From assembly GCF_020745735.1 (NCBI RefSeq), contig NC_083438.1, forward strand, positions 32,238,443 to 32,302,442: 64,000 nt of DNA. The letters run 5' to 3'. The stretch comes from Hemiscyllium ocellatum (taxonomy: Eukaryota). The translations under genes were made by a program, and so were the position numbers. This document shows positions 35,540 through 47,483 of the stretch, in pieces (positions within the stretch are counted from its first letter, which is position 1; the number at the start of each line of letters is the position of its first letter). The notes under the pieces were generated by a model that was given only the letters and a program-made list of their open reading frames with translations, had not been told where the DNA came from and did no database searches.

Positions 35540-37530
35540 GCATTGACCAGACAATTGTGGGTTTGGTTAAGAAAAAGAAGGAAGCACATGTCAGGTATAG
35601 ACAGGATAGATCAAGTGAATCCTTAGAAGAGTATAAAGGAAGTAGGAATACACTTAAGAGGAAAATCAGGAGGGCAAAAAGGGGACATGAGATAGCTTTG
35701 GCAAATTGAATTAAGGAGAATTCAAAGGGTTTTTACAAATACATTAAGGACAAAAGGGTAACTAGAGAGAGAATAGGGCCCCTCAAAGATCAGCAAGGCG
35801 GCCTTTGTGTGGAGCCACAGAAAATGGGGGAGATACTAAATGAATATTTTATATCAGTATTTACTGTGGAAAAGGATATGGAAGATATGGACTGTAGGGA
35901 CATAGATGGTGACATCTTCCAAAATGTCCAGATTACAGAGGAGGAAGTGCTGGCTGTCTTCAAAAGGTTAAAGGTGGATAAATCCCCAGGACCTGCTCAG
36001 GTGTACCCGAGAACTCTGTGGGAAGCTAGAGATGTGATTGCTGGGCCTCTTGCTGAGATATTTGTATCATCGATAGTCACAGGTGAGGTGCCGGAAGACT
36101 GGAGGTTTGCAAACGTGGTGCCACTGTTTAAGAAGGGCGGTAAAGACAAGCCAGGGAACTATAGACCCGTGAGCCTGACCTCGCTGGTGGGTAAGTTGTT
36201 GAGGGAATCTTGAGGGACAGGATGTCCATGTATTTGGAAAGGCAAGGAATGATTTGGGATAGTCAACATGGCTTTGTGCACGGGAAATCATGTCTCACAA
36301 ATTTGATTGAGTTTTTCTGAAGAAGTAACAAAGAAGATTGTTGAGGGCAGAGCAGTAAATGTGATCTATATGGACTTCAGTAAGGCATTTGACAAGGTTC
36401 CCCATAGGAGACTGATTAGCAAGGTTAGATCTCATGGAATACAGGGAGAACTAGCCATTTGGATACAGGACTGGCTCAAAGGTAGAAGACAGAGGGTGGT
36501 GCTGGAGTGTTGTTTTTCAGACTGGAGGCCTGTGACCAGTGGAGTGCCACAAGGATCGGTGCTGGCTCCTCTACTTTTTGTCATTTCCATAAATGATTTG
36601 GATGCAAGCATAAGAGATACAGTTAGTAAGTTTGCAGATTACCCCAAAATTGGAGGTGTAGTAGTCAGCAAAGAGGGTTACCTCAGATTACAACAGGATC
36701 TTGACCAGATGGGCCAATGGGCTGAGAAGTGGAAGATGGAGTTTAATTTAGATAAATGCAAGGTGCTACATTTTGGGAAAGCAAATCTTAGCAGGACTTA
36801 ATGGTAAGGTCCTAGAGAGTGTTGCTGAACAAAGAGACCTTGGAGTGCAGGTTCATAGCTCCTTGAAAGTGGAGTCGCAGGTAGATAGGATAGTGAAGAA
36901 GGCGTTTGGTATGCTTTCCTTTATTGGTCAGAGTATTGAGTACAGGAGTTGGGAGGTCATGTTGCGGCTGTACAGGATATTGGTTAGGCCACTGTTGGAA
37001 TATTGCGTGCAATTCTGGTCTCCTTCCTATCGGAAAGATGTTGTGAAACATGAAAGGGTTCAGAAAAGATTTACAAGGTTGTTGCCAGGATTGGAGGATT
37101 TGAACTACAGGGAAAGGCTGAACAGGCTGGGGCTGTTTTCCCTGCAGCATCTGAGGCTGAGGGGTGACCTTATAGAGGTTTACAAAATTATGGGTGCATG
37201 GATAGGATAAATAGACAAAGTCTTTTCCCTGGGGTCAGGGAGTCCAAAACTAGAGGACATAGGTGAGAGGGGAAAGATATAAAAGAGACCTAAGGGACAA
37301 TTTTTTCACGCAGAGGGTGGTACGTGTATGGAATGTGCTGCCAGAGGATGTGGTGGAGGCTGGTACAATTGCAACATTTCAGAGGCATTTGGATGGGTAT
37401 ATGAATAGGAAGGGTTTGGAGGGATATGGGCCGGGTGCTGGCAGATGAGACTAGATTGGGTTGGGATATCTGGTCAGCATGGACGGGTTGGACCGAAGGG
37501 TCTGTTTCCATGCTGTACATCTCTATGACT
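35540..37530 (+). mobile_element. CR1 ORF2 (mildly degraded)
   Basis: DKSPGPAQVYPRTL, MDFSKAFDKVPH, GVPQGSVL. Confidence 0.93.
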
Positions 37531-38259
37531 CTTTGACATCCCAATCTGACTTCATCCCATTTGCCAGCCTTTGGCTCATAACCTTGTAATGTTGAAGACC
37601 ATTCGCATTTTGGTACGAGAACAATTAAGCCTGGAGGCCATTGCAAAAGCAAAACGGGTCAAAGGAAGTAAACAATGTTTTCTAAAACAGTTTGAGATGT
37701 AAATTATCAGTACATTGATCTCTTTCAGAGTTTAATTAGTATTGTTGATACAATTGAATAAAATATGGAATTCTGTGAATCTTTTGTTACTCAAGTCTGG
37801 CTTGACAATTAAGGAGAAGGATCGATGGTTTAAAATAGACTGAAAAGAAAGGATGTAACTCAGCACAGAAAGATCAGGCCAGAAAAGCAATGTTTGAGCT
37901 GGCTGAACCAGGTTTCTTGTGTATGTTTGTTTATAGATATATATGCATTATTGTAAGTTGTCACAGTTGAAAGCCAGATGTAATATGTCAGAGGTATGGT
38001 TAGCCTTCGATGATGGAGGATCACGATAACTTTTACAGCTTTCAAGAAGCTTGTGTTGCCCTGTAAAGAAAACATATTATACATATTTGCCTGGAATACC
38101 CAAGGTATGAAGAAAATAAATTAACTGATATGTGATAAAATTTCCACAAAGTTTGTCCGCCTTGGGAACATGTTGTCTCTATAAAATGAACAAAATGACA
38201 AGGTTCACTAGAGACCTTCTCATCAAAATGAAAAAAAGTCAACCTGCTAAATGAAAAGC

Positions 38260-38655
38260 TGAAAATGTGTTGCTGGAAAAGTGCATCTGAGGAGCAGGAG
38301 AGTCGACGTTTCAGGGATGAGCCCTTCTTCAGGAATGAGGAAAGTGTGTCCAGCAGGCTAAGATAAAAGGTAGGGAGGAGGGACTTGGGGGAGGGGCGTT
38401 GGAAATGCGATAGGTGGAAGGAGGTCAAGGTGAGGGTGATAGGCCGGAGAGGTCAGGAAGAAGATTGCAGGTTAGGAAGGCGGTGCTGAGTTCGAGGGAT
38501 TTGACTGAGACAAGGTGGGGGGAGAGGAAATGAGGAAACTGGAGAAATCTGAGTTCATCCCTTGTGGTTGGAGGGTTTCTAGGCGGAAGATGAGGCGCTC
38601 TTCCTCCAGCTGTTGTGTTGCTATGGTATGGCGATGGAGGAGTCCAAGGATTTTC
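38260..38655 (-). mobile_element. PLE 3' end fragment (second family)
   Basis: EEERLIFRLETLQPQGMNSDFSSF followed by the hammerhead-bearing tail. Confidence 0.8.
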
Positions 38656-39142
38656 AGCTCTGATCTCCAGCATCTGCAGTCCTCACTTTCTCCTGCTAAA
38701 TGAAAAGAGCAAGAATATCTGCAGAAAAGGTTGTATATTGGGGTCTTTAATAGACTTGAATACATCTCATTGCTAAATTTGCCTAGCAGAAATTTACTCA
38801 GACCAGATTACTATGAATGACTCATCCATAGATAGTGTATTCTGTTGCAATTGCCAGATAACAACCTCACAAAGTTCTTCAGTCAGGCTGAAGGAAGAAC
38901 TGAAAATGTGTTGCTGGTTAAAGCACAGCAGGTCAGGCAGCATCCAAGGAACAGGAAATTCGACGTTTTGAGCCAGAGCCCTTCATCAGGAAGGAAGAAC
39001 AGCAAGAATGGACCTATGCTTTTCTGATTAGGGGAAATTTCTTTTTGAGTTTTCTTAGCACTTTACCCAATTTTTTTGTCCCATATGGTGCCAGCTTATT
39101 TGACTCTGATTCATATCTCTCAAACAAAGCAGACAAATCTGT

Positions 39143-39468
39143 GGGGTAGCACAGTGGCTAGCACTGCAGCCTAACAGCGTCAGGGACCTGGGTTCGATTC
39201 CACCCTCGGGCAACTGTCTATATGGTGTTTGCACATTCTCTCCATGTCTGTGTGGGTTTCCTCCGGGTGCTCTGGTTTCCTCCCACAATCCAAAAGACTA
39301 GGTGAATCAGCAGTGCTAAATTGCCTGCAGTGTTCTGAGATGTGTAGGTTAGGTGCATTAGTCAGGGGTAAAACGTAGGATAGGGAAATGGGTCTGGGTT
39401 GCTTTTCGGAGGGCCACTGTGGACTTGTAGGGCCGAAGGGCCTGTTATCACACTGTAGGGATTCTACG
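39143..39468 (+). mobile_element. HE1-type tRNA SINE
   Basis: GGTTCGATTCC box B, GGGTTTCCTCCGGGTGCTCTGGTTTCCTCCCACA core, CR1-like tail. Confidence 0.88.
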
Positions 39469-39476
39469 TTCCTCTA

Positions 39477-40090
39477 AAGATTAGATTAATTACCTACAGT
39501 ACTGATACAGGTCCTTCGGCCCAACAAGTCCACACCAACCCTCCGAAGAATAATCCATCCAAACCCATTCTCCTACATTTATCTCTCACTAATGCACCTA
39601 CCACTATGGGCAATTCACCTGACCTACACATCTTTTGGATTGTGGGAGGAAACCGGAGCACCCAGAGGAAACCCACACAGACATGGAGAGAATGTGCAAA
39701 CTCCACACAGACAGTCATCCAAGGTGGGAATCAAACCCAGGTCCCTGGTGCTGTGAGGTAGCAGTGCTGACCACTGAGCCACCATGCCTCTCTATTCCTT
39801 TTCTATTCATGCACCCAACTCTATTCCTTTTAAATGTTGTAATTGTAGCAGTCTCAACCACTTCCTCTGGTAGCTCATTCCATACATGCACCACTCTCTC
39901 ATGAAAAAGTTATCCCTCAAGTCCTTTTTAAATCTTTTCCCTCTCACCTTAAACCTATGTCCTCTAGTTCTGGACTTCTTCCCCCTAGGAAAAAGGCCTT
40001 AGCTATTCACCCTATTCATGCCCCTTATGATTTTATGTAAACCTCTACTTGGTCACCCCCCAGCCTTTAGCACTCCAGGGAAAAAAGCCC
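39477..40090 (-). mobile_element. HE1-type SINE (39477-39788) adjoining a CR1 3' fragment
   Basis: Reverse complement of the HE1 core and head; CR1 3' motifs at 39800-40090. Confidence 0.85.
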
Positions 40091-41959
40091 CAACTTTTCT
40101 AAATTGCTTGTGAATGTTTATTGTAACAATCAATTTAAATTACATTATAGAAATGAATACTGTGTGATAGAATATCAGAGACAGTTACAACATGACTATT
40201 CTACTTTAAATGTGTGCACAATGTTTATAACCAGCTTAAAAAACAGTTGGATATTCAATCAAATAAGACTTTAAAAACTGTACTTACAACTTACTTTGTG
40301 TCTTTGTCTCAAATTTTCAGACAGAATTAGTGGTGAAATCAATCTTTTTGTATTCTAATGTTGGCTGTTCTCCCTGTGTATGTGTTGCTATTTAGACTTC
40401 TTCCTGTTTCCGTGACTGAGTGTCTTCCATTATTCAAAAAAACCTCTTTTCTGCTTGCTTTTGAAAAGTAAATTTCTTAATTTTCATTTATTTTATAGTT
40501 CCGGTATTTGGCAGTCCTCCAGCTGCAAGGTGTGCCAAGTTCCTAAAAGTTGCATGATTTCCTATATCATGTTTTCTCACTAGTTCCCTGTTCAAATACA
40601 GCACGGAGTGCATGATATTTCCAGAAACTCCACTCATCAATGAACAGTTTACAGAAACAAATGGAACACTGCAGTGGGAAGGAAAGGGTAGGAATATCAT
40701 CCAGTAAAGTGTCTTCTGTCATTATCCTGATCTGGAAATAATAAGGAAATTTAAATCAAGGATTCATTGCCCTTATTGAGAGGGAGACCAGGCCTGTCAG
40801 TATGGAGGGAGAAATGAAACCATAAGGAGAGACACAAGGACAAATCAGAAAATTCCAAGTTTATATTGAGCAGCTATTCCCCCACACTGAGCAGGGATAA
40901 AACATACAATTTCCAGTAGAAAGCAAAGTTATTATCTCCCTATCTTCTCCAGCTAGACCCAACCATGTTGTTATGTTATCCAAGACAATTTCCTTCCTTC
41001 CACGTGCTTTCTCCCGTCACATCTCCAAAACACTTCCTGCCCTGTCTCAACTATTCTCTCCACCTCTGGTCCAGTCCAGTATTTGCAGCTGTTCTACTGA
41101 ACACCCAAACCCACCTTCATCCCCGCTCTCTGCCTCTCCATTCTCCCTGATCCCTTTCTCAGTCTCTACATCTGCCAACCCTTTCTTGCCTCCTCTCCAG
41201 TCTGAATCCTTCTCCTATCCTCCCTACCCACTCTCCCCACTCACTACCCTGATCTCTGCCCCAATCTATCTCCCCCACCCCACTCTCCTGAATCACTCCC
41301 TACTCTCAGTTTTTCTTCCTGCTCTCTCCCATGCTCTTCCCATCTTGCTTTCCCATCATCTTTCCTCACTCCCAAACGCTGATGAATTATAATTCCCGTT
41401 AGCAGGACCCACATCCATTCCCCTGAGCAAAGAGATGACGAGGGAGAGTTTCCCTCCCTCTTCCACCCCTCCCTCCCTTTCCCGGGGCAGAAGACATTGA
41501 CAGTAAGTATCTGTAGGTCCTTTCCCAGAACCGGGAGCTGGGTCAGGATCAGACTTGGGCACAGGGAGACTCACACTGTATAGAGGAGGGTCTTAATTTC
41601 TGTCCCTTCCCCCTCTCCCAGCCTTAGCACTTGATCACCAGTTTGTTGGAAGTACGCACTTAACATTATTGTTTTACTCCAATCTCTTCAACGGAGAAGC
41701 AGCTTTTAGCACAATGTGGGGAAATTCCAAAATTAACCAGAGGAAGTTGCTCAGGAACTCCCAAACAATCCCAAGCATGTTTGTTTCCAAAGATTTCATC
41801 AGTCTGAGTAAACGGGGGGGGGGGGTGAAGGAGGACTGTATAAGGTGGGGGGGGGGGGGGCCGCAGTTGGGAGTGGGGGTATTGTGGGAGTGGCCTGCTG
41901 TCCTTAACCAGTCTAACTTACATGTCACTCCAGACCCATAGCGAAGTGGTTGACTCTGA

Positions 41960-43620
41960 AGTGTCTCACCCTGATCTAATGTATCCCTCAATTTGTGGGA
42001 AATAAGGGCAGAAATTACAAATCCCTTTGCAGAAATATTTCTTTCATCTGTAACTATGGGTGAGGTGCCTGTTCATTGGCAATCTGCTAATGTTGTACCT
42101 TTGTTTAAAAAAGGTTGTAAGGAGAAACCTGAGAACTACAGACCTGAGAGTCTGACTTTGGTTGTGGGTAAGTTGTTGGAGGTGATTTAAAAGATAGGAT
42201 TTATGGACATTTAGAGAGGTAAAAATTAATTAGAGATAGTCAGCATGGCTTTTGTGCGAGGGAAATCTTTTCTCACAAACTTAATTGAGTTTTTTGCGGA
42301 AGTTACCAATAAGGCTGATGATGTTCATTTAAACTTTAGTAAAGCCTCTGACAAGGTTCCGCATTGTAGACTAATTTGTAAAGTTAGATGGCATGGGATT
42401 CAGGGGTGAGCTTGCCAAATGGATATATAATTGGTTTAACAGCAGGAGACAGGGAGTAATGGTGGAGGGTTGCTTTTCAGACTGGAGGCCTGTGACCAGT
42501 GGTGTTCCACAAGGATTGGTTTTGGGTCCCCTTTTGTTTGTCATTAATGCAAATGCTTTGGATGAAAATATAGAAAGCATGGTTAATAAGTTCAGAGATG
42601 ACACCAAAACAATGAAGAATGAAGAAGGTTACAAAGGATCTTGATTAAATGTGTCCATGAGCTGAAAAATGGCAGATGGAGTTCAATCGGGATAAATGCA
42701 AGGTATTGCATTTTGGTACAACAAACTAACAAGGGTAGGGCTCATACAATTAACGGTGGGGCCTTGGATAGTGTTATAGAATAGAGGAACTGAGGGGTGC
42801 AGGTATATAATTCTTTAAAGTTTGCGTCACATATAGTCAGGATTGTTAAAAAGATGTTTGGCACAGTCCTTTGAGTATTGGACTTGGGACATTATGTTGA
42901 GGTTTTACAGGACATTGGTGAGGCCTCTTCTGGACTACTGTGTCCAGTTCTGGTCACCCAGTTACAGGAAGGATATTATTAAGCTGGAGAGAGTTCAGAA
43001 GGGATTTACCAGGATGTTGCCGGGTATGGAAGGTTTGAGTTATAAAGAAGGGCTGAATAGGTTGAGATTTTTTTTCACTAGAGAATAGGAGGTTCAGTGG
43101 TGACCTGACAGAAGTTTATAAAATAATGAAGTATAGATGGAATTGATGGTAGTTGTGTTTTCTCCAAGATAGAGAAAGTGAGAACTGCAGATGCTGAAGA
43201 TCAGAGTCGAGAGTGTGTTGCTGGAAAAGCACAGCAGGTCAGGCAGCATCCGAGGAGCAGGAGAATCAATGTTTCGGCCATAAGCTCTCATCAGGAATTC
43301 CTGATGAAGAGCTTATGCCGAAAACGTCGATTCTCCTGCTCCTTGGGTGCTGCCTGACCTGTTGTGCGTTCCCAGCAACACACTCTCGACTCTTCCGCGA
43401 GTTGGGAAATTTCATGACAAGGGGGCACATTTTTAAGGTGAGAGGAGAGAGACTTAAAATAGACATGAGGCAATTTTTTTTTACACAGAGGGTGGATCAC
43501 ATGTGGAATGAACTTCCTGAGGATGTGGTGGATGTGGGTACAATTCCAATGTTTAAGAGTTTAGTTTTGAATTATGGTTGGCATGGACTGGTTGGGCCAT
43601 TCTGTATGATTCTATGATTC
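41960..43620 (+). mobile_element. Degraded CR1 RT-3' end with a palindromic PLE-end insertion (~43160-43392)
   Basis: VPVHWQSANVVPLFKKG, DWRPVTSGVPQG. Confidence 0.88.
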
Positions 43621-44309
43621 CGGGCCACATGGGATGGGCACCTAGCCAACAATGCCCACTCCCCCCGTGTGAAGTTTTAAAACATGGGAGATCAGCAAGC
43701 GTGTGGAAGCTGGGACAGGGAAGGATGGGAATGGGTGCTGTGCGGCCATGATTTGGGGACACAGTTTGCAGCAGAAATAGAGCTGCTGTCAAGACAGGGG
43801 GAAGGTTAATGGTTGAAGATTCAATTCAGTGAACTGAAACTATCAAGATAATGTGATCACTGGTTTAGGCGAAATGTTATTAAACATTCGATTTCCTGTT
43901 GGTTTGTTACTGAGCTGACAGCAGGATGCTAAATGTGAAGAATTATTATGGTGCTACTCGCCCTGTTGTCTCAATCTCCTGCCTTTTTCCCTCCCTGCAG
44001 TCCACTCCTGTCCAAAAATCAATCCCATGCCCTCTTGCATGTCTCAGTTGAAACCGACTCGGCCACAGTTAGCGGCAATGAGCTGCACACCCGAACTACG
44101 TGAAAAACTCACAAAAAAACAAAGAACTGCGGAACTGGAGATCTGAAACAAACAAAATAAAGTAGCTCAGGACAGACAATAACTGCTGGCCAGCCTGCGA
44201 CACCCACTTCTTATAAGTGAATAAAAAATATTGCTGGAGAAAATCAGCAGGTCTGGCAGCACCTATGGAGAGGAAGCTGCATTCAAATGTTAACTGCTTT
44301 CTCTACATA

Positions 44310-45610
44310 TAGGAGAGAGTGAGGACTGCAGATGCTGGAGATCAGAGTCAAAAAAGTGTGGTGTTGGAAAAGCAGAGCAGGTCAGGCATTATCCAAGTTG
44401 CAGACGAATTTATGTTTTGGGCATGAGCCCTTCATCAGGATTGTGGGAAGGGGCCTGAGAGGTAAATAGGGCAAGGGGGTTGGAACAGAGGGGAAGGTAG
44501 CTGGGAAGGTGATAGGTAGATGCAGGTGGGAGGTGATAGGTCAGAGTGGAGGGGGAAATGGATATGTAGGAAGGAAGATGGACAGATAGAAATGTTCAAG
44601 AGGGCGGTGCAGAGTTGGAGGGTTGGATCTGGGATGACGTGAGGGGAGGGCACAAGTTGAAATTGGTGAAATCGACATTGATGCTGTGTGGTTGGAGGGA
44701 CCCAAGGTGGAAGGTGAGACATTCTTCCTCTGGGCATTGGCTGGCTAGGAGGAGGCCCAAGACTTGCATATCCTTGGCACAGCAGGAGGGAAAGTTCAAG
44801 TGTCCGGGCCATAGGGCAGTGAGGTTGTTTGATGCATGTGTCCCAAAAACATTCCACAAGTTGGTATCCTGTCTCCCCAATGCTCTCCAGATTGAGAGCA
44901 ATGGACAGTAGATGAGGTACTTGGATGTGCAGGAGAATCTCTGCCGGATGTGGAAGGATTTCTGGGGCATCGGACGGAGATGAGGGGGAAATGTGGGCAC
45001 AGGTTTTACACTTCTTGTGGTGGCAGGGGATGGTGACGGGAGTGGGGGGGTAGGTTGGTGGGGGTATGAACCGAACCAGGGAATCGCGGAGGGAATGGTC
45101 TCTGCAGAACAGGCGTAGGACCATTCGGCGCAGCCACTTTGATGCGAGCGATTCGGCACGGCTAGCTTGGCGCGACCTATTTCGGCACAGACCCGAGCGA
45201 TTTGGCGCAGCTCTTATTTATTCCTTTTCAAGCTTACTTACAAGCATTAATGAAAGCAATAAAAAGAAAAATAATGTTTATCTTCTTCAGTAAAAATGTT
45301 AAAAAGAAAATAAAAATGAAAGGAATAAGGCAAATACAAAATTATTGATGGCATTTTAACGGGTTTTATTTTATTTTAATAATTTGTATATTAATATTTT
45401 ATTTTAATATATTTTAATTATTTTAATAACAGTAGTTTAATAACTACTACTGAATAACTACAAAACAGTTCTGCGCCAAAATATATTTTATTTTAAGAAT
45501 TTTAACAACAGCAGTTTAATAACTACTACTGAATAACTACAAAGCAGTTCTGCGCCACTCCGCTGGAGAACGCTGATGGGGGTGGGAAAGGAAATATATT
45601 TCTGGTGGTG
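44310..45610 (-). mobile_element. Penelope-like element of a second family (C..C.TC linker plus GIY-YIG), interrupted by a MITE
   Basis: PCHHKKCKTC, RQRFSCTSKYLIYC, FHLGSLQPHSINVDFTNF; hammerhead-bearing end near 44415-44440. Confidence 0.8.
45111..45562. mobile_element. Non-autonomous Mutator/foldback-like MITE
   Basis: 9-bp TSD CTGCAGAAC (45102-10) / CTGGAGAAC (45563-71); subterminal TT(C/T)GGCGCAG repeats on the left, inverse CTGCGCCAAA on the right; AT-rich core. Confidence 0.6.
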
Positions 45611-45899
45611 GATGCTGCCTAAACTGCTGTGCTCTTCCAGCACCACTAATCGAGAATCTGGTTTCCAGCATCTGCAGTCATTGTTTTTACCAGATTGGTG
45701 GGGTGGAAGGTGAAGACCAGGGGGGTGAGGTCTATCCTTGCTGCAGTTGGAGGGGTTGGACAACTTGGGTTGTGGGAGTTAAAAATCACAAAACACCAGG
45801 TTGTTGGACCATAACCTGGTGTTGTGTGATTCTTTTTTAACTTTGGACACCCCAATCCAACAGCGGCATCTCCAAATCTTGGTTATCGGAGAATGTTTC

Positions 45900-47010
45900 A
45901 TTGCTTCACTGTTCAAATTGCCTTCTTCCGTGCTGTAAGGCGCCCTCGGGCGATAACTGATAACCAGGGAATAACGTTTGCATTCTCTCTCTGTGTTCAG
46001 AGATTACGGTGTTGCGGGATGGGTCCGGACTTTTCGATTCTCACACAGGGAGAGGGGGGGTTTAGGAATCCGGATCCAGGCTCCGTCGGGAAAAGCTGGT
46101 TGCTTTCCCCCTGAAGGGGTTGAATTGAGACAAGGATCTGGGGCGGGGGGAGACAGTTAACAACAGTGAATGGAGCCAGGGGAGGGAGGAGAGAGGAAGG
46201 CACTTGGACTGGTCCTCCCTCTGTGAAATGTGGATCGGTCTGCAAAGTGATGATAAATAACATCCCAAAGTGAAACTGGTTTCAGACTCATTTGGAGACG
46301 CAGGTGTCGGAGTGGGGTGAACAGTTAAGAACCACACAAGTCTAGGTTATAGTCCAACAGGTTTATTTGGAAGCGCTGAAACTGGTTTCAGGCTGAGGAT
46401 TTGTTGTTGCTGTGAGGAGCGGACTCTGCACCTCACATGTATACATTGGTTGCTCGTCGTCTGTTCGGTTGCGGTTCAAGCGGCCTCAAGATGTTTCGTG
46501 TCCGTGCTGTCCGTCGGCGCTAATTCCAGGAAGAATGGACAGAAAGCAGATGCAGGTATGTGTTTGTTTGACAGCGCCGCAGTTCGGGAACAAAACAAAA
46601 ACAAGGCTTCGCAGAAATGGAAAGTGAAAGTGCTGCAGAAACGCAGCAAGTTTTACAGAGGTAGGAACAGAGTTAACGTTTCGAGTTCGTCCCAAATTTT
46701 GTTAGAGGAAATAATAGGGTCTGTGTGTCTCCCACACCACTGACGTTTCACCACCCCTCATCCCCAGCAACTTCTCTCAGATTAGGCTGAAGGAACGAAG
46801 TTGGGGGGGGGGGGGGGGGGTGTCTGGACCGTTCCTGATTCCTCCCCATTATCTTTCTCTCCCCTCCAGTCTGGTGGGATTGGAGAACAGACACGAAGTG
46901 GTGGGGAAAGTGGGGGAGTGAAAAGAGCAGAAGGTATGGAGGGGAGGGAGGGACAGACCGGGATGGCAACGGGGCTCTGCCGAGATAAATAATGATTTCA
47001 CTTTCCTAAC
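45900..47010 (+). promoter_or_regulatory. CpG-enriched promoter/first-exon region of the IgV gene with IRF/ISRE-like motifs
   Basis: AAAGTGAAACT 46267-77; GAAATGGAAAGTGAAAGT 46614-31; TTTCACTTTCC 46996-47006; raised CpG content. Confidence 0.6.
46535..46555 (+). CDS. Single-IgV B7/butyrophilin-like membrane protein, exon 1 (MDRKQMQ)
   Basis: AGAATGG start context, CAG|GTATGT donor, phase 0 joins the signal-peptide exon; Met at 46550 is an alternative start. Confidence 0.6.
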
Positions 47011-47425
47011 GGAGACGCTGTGTCTGTGTGTAAACTTGCTCAGTGCTGGGGATTAGCTGCTTTTTATTAACTGATTTGACGTGTTGTTTCTCCTTGCGGT
47101 TCCATTCCTTCCTCCGCACTGATAGACCTGGTCTCCCTAACAGTGAGGGTAACCAATCCTCTACCCAATTTTGCTCGCTATCAATAAATAGTTTGCAGAT
47201 GAAGTAACACTGTGATCCTGTCGCTCCCTTCCATTTGGTTTGTTTCCAGGAACAGGAGTCGCTCCTACAGATTCTGGAACCTGTCACCATGCCCTTTCTG
47301 CTCTGCTTCTCTCACCCCAGCGTCTGGTCACAAAAGGAAAGGCTGGTATCTGGGGAAGGTGGTGAAGCAAGGAGGTGCCAGCAACAATCTGTTGTGAAGG
47401 AGTTAACTGTGTTTTCTTGTTACAG

Positions 47426-47483
47426 AGATACATCTTATGGGGAGTACTGCTCGGCCTGCTCAATGTTATTTCTGTTGTTTCAG
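47426..47483 (+). CDS. IgV membrane protein exon 2, signal peptide (RYILWGVLLGLLNVISVVS)
   Basis: TTTTCTTGTTACAG acceptor, CAG|GTCAGT donor, hydrophobic core, phase 1 end matches the Ig exon. Confidence 0.8.

Noticed and set aside
35809-37210. Consecutive RT-like ORFs as a possible domesticated gene
   Set aside because: Frameshifted CR1 ORF2 pieces like many other copies in the window.
37860-38084. Possible minus-strand terminal exon after a TTTCTTTACAG acceptor
   Set aside because: No partner exons or recognisable protein motif in any phase.
39143-39230. tRNA-like sequences here and at 4240-4336, 30557-30650 and 54496-54570
   Set aside because: SINE heads with boxes A/B but no full cloverleaf; not tRNA genes.
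40310-40740. Hydrophobic short frames after acceptor-like sites, possibly a pseudo-TM exon of an IgV paralogue
   Set aside because: Early stops, no clear donor and no Ig exon nearby; similarity too weak to support.
41060-41370. Long pyrimidine-rich tract and several poly-G runs (e.g. 41847-41860, 46803-46821)
   Set aside because: Low complexity without periodicity; homopolymer lengths may be assembly artefacts.
46025-46110. NF-kB-like words (GGACTTTTC, GGGAAAAGC..GCTTTCCCC)
   Set aside because: None matches GGGRNWYYCC; too degenerate.
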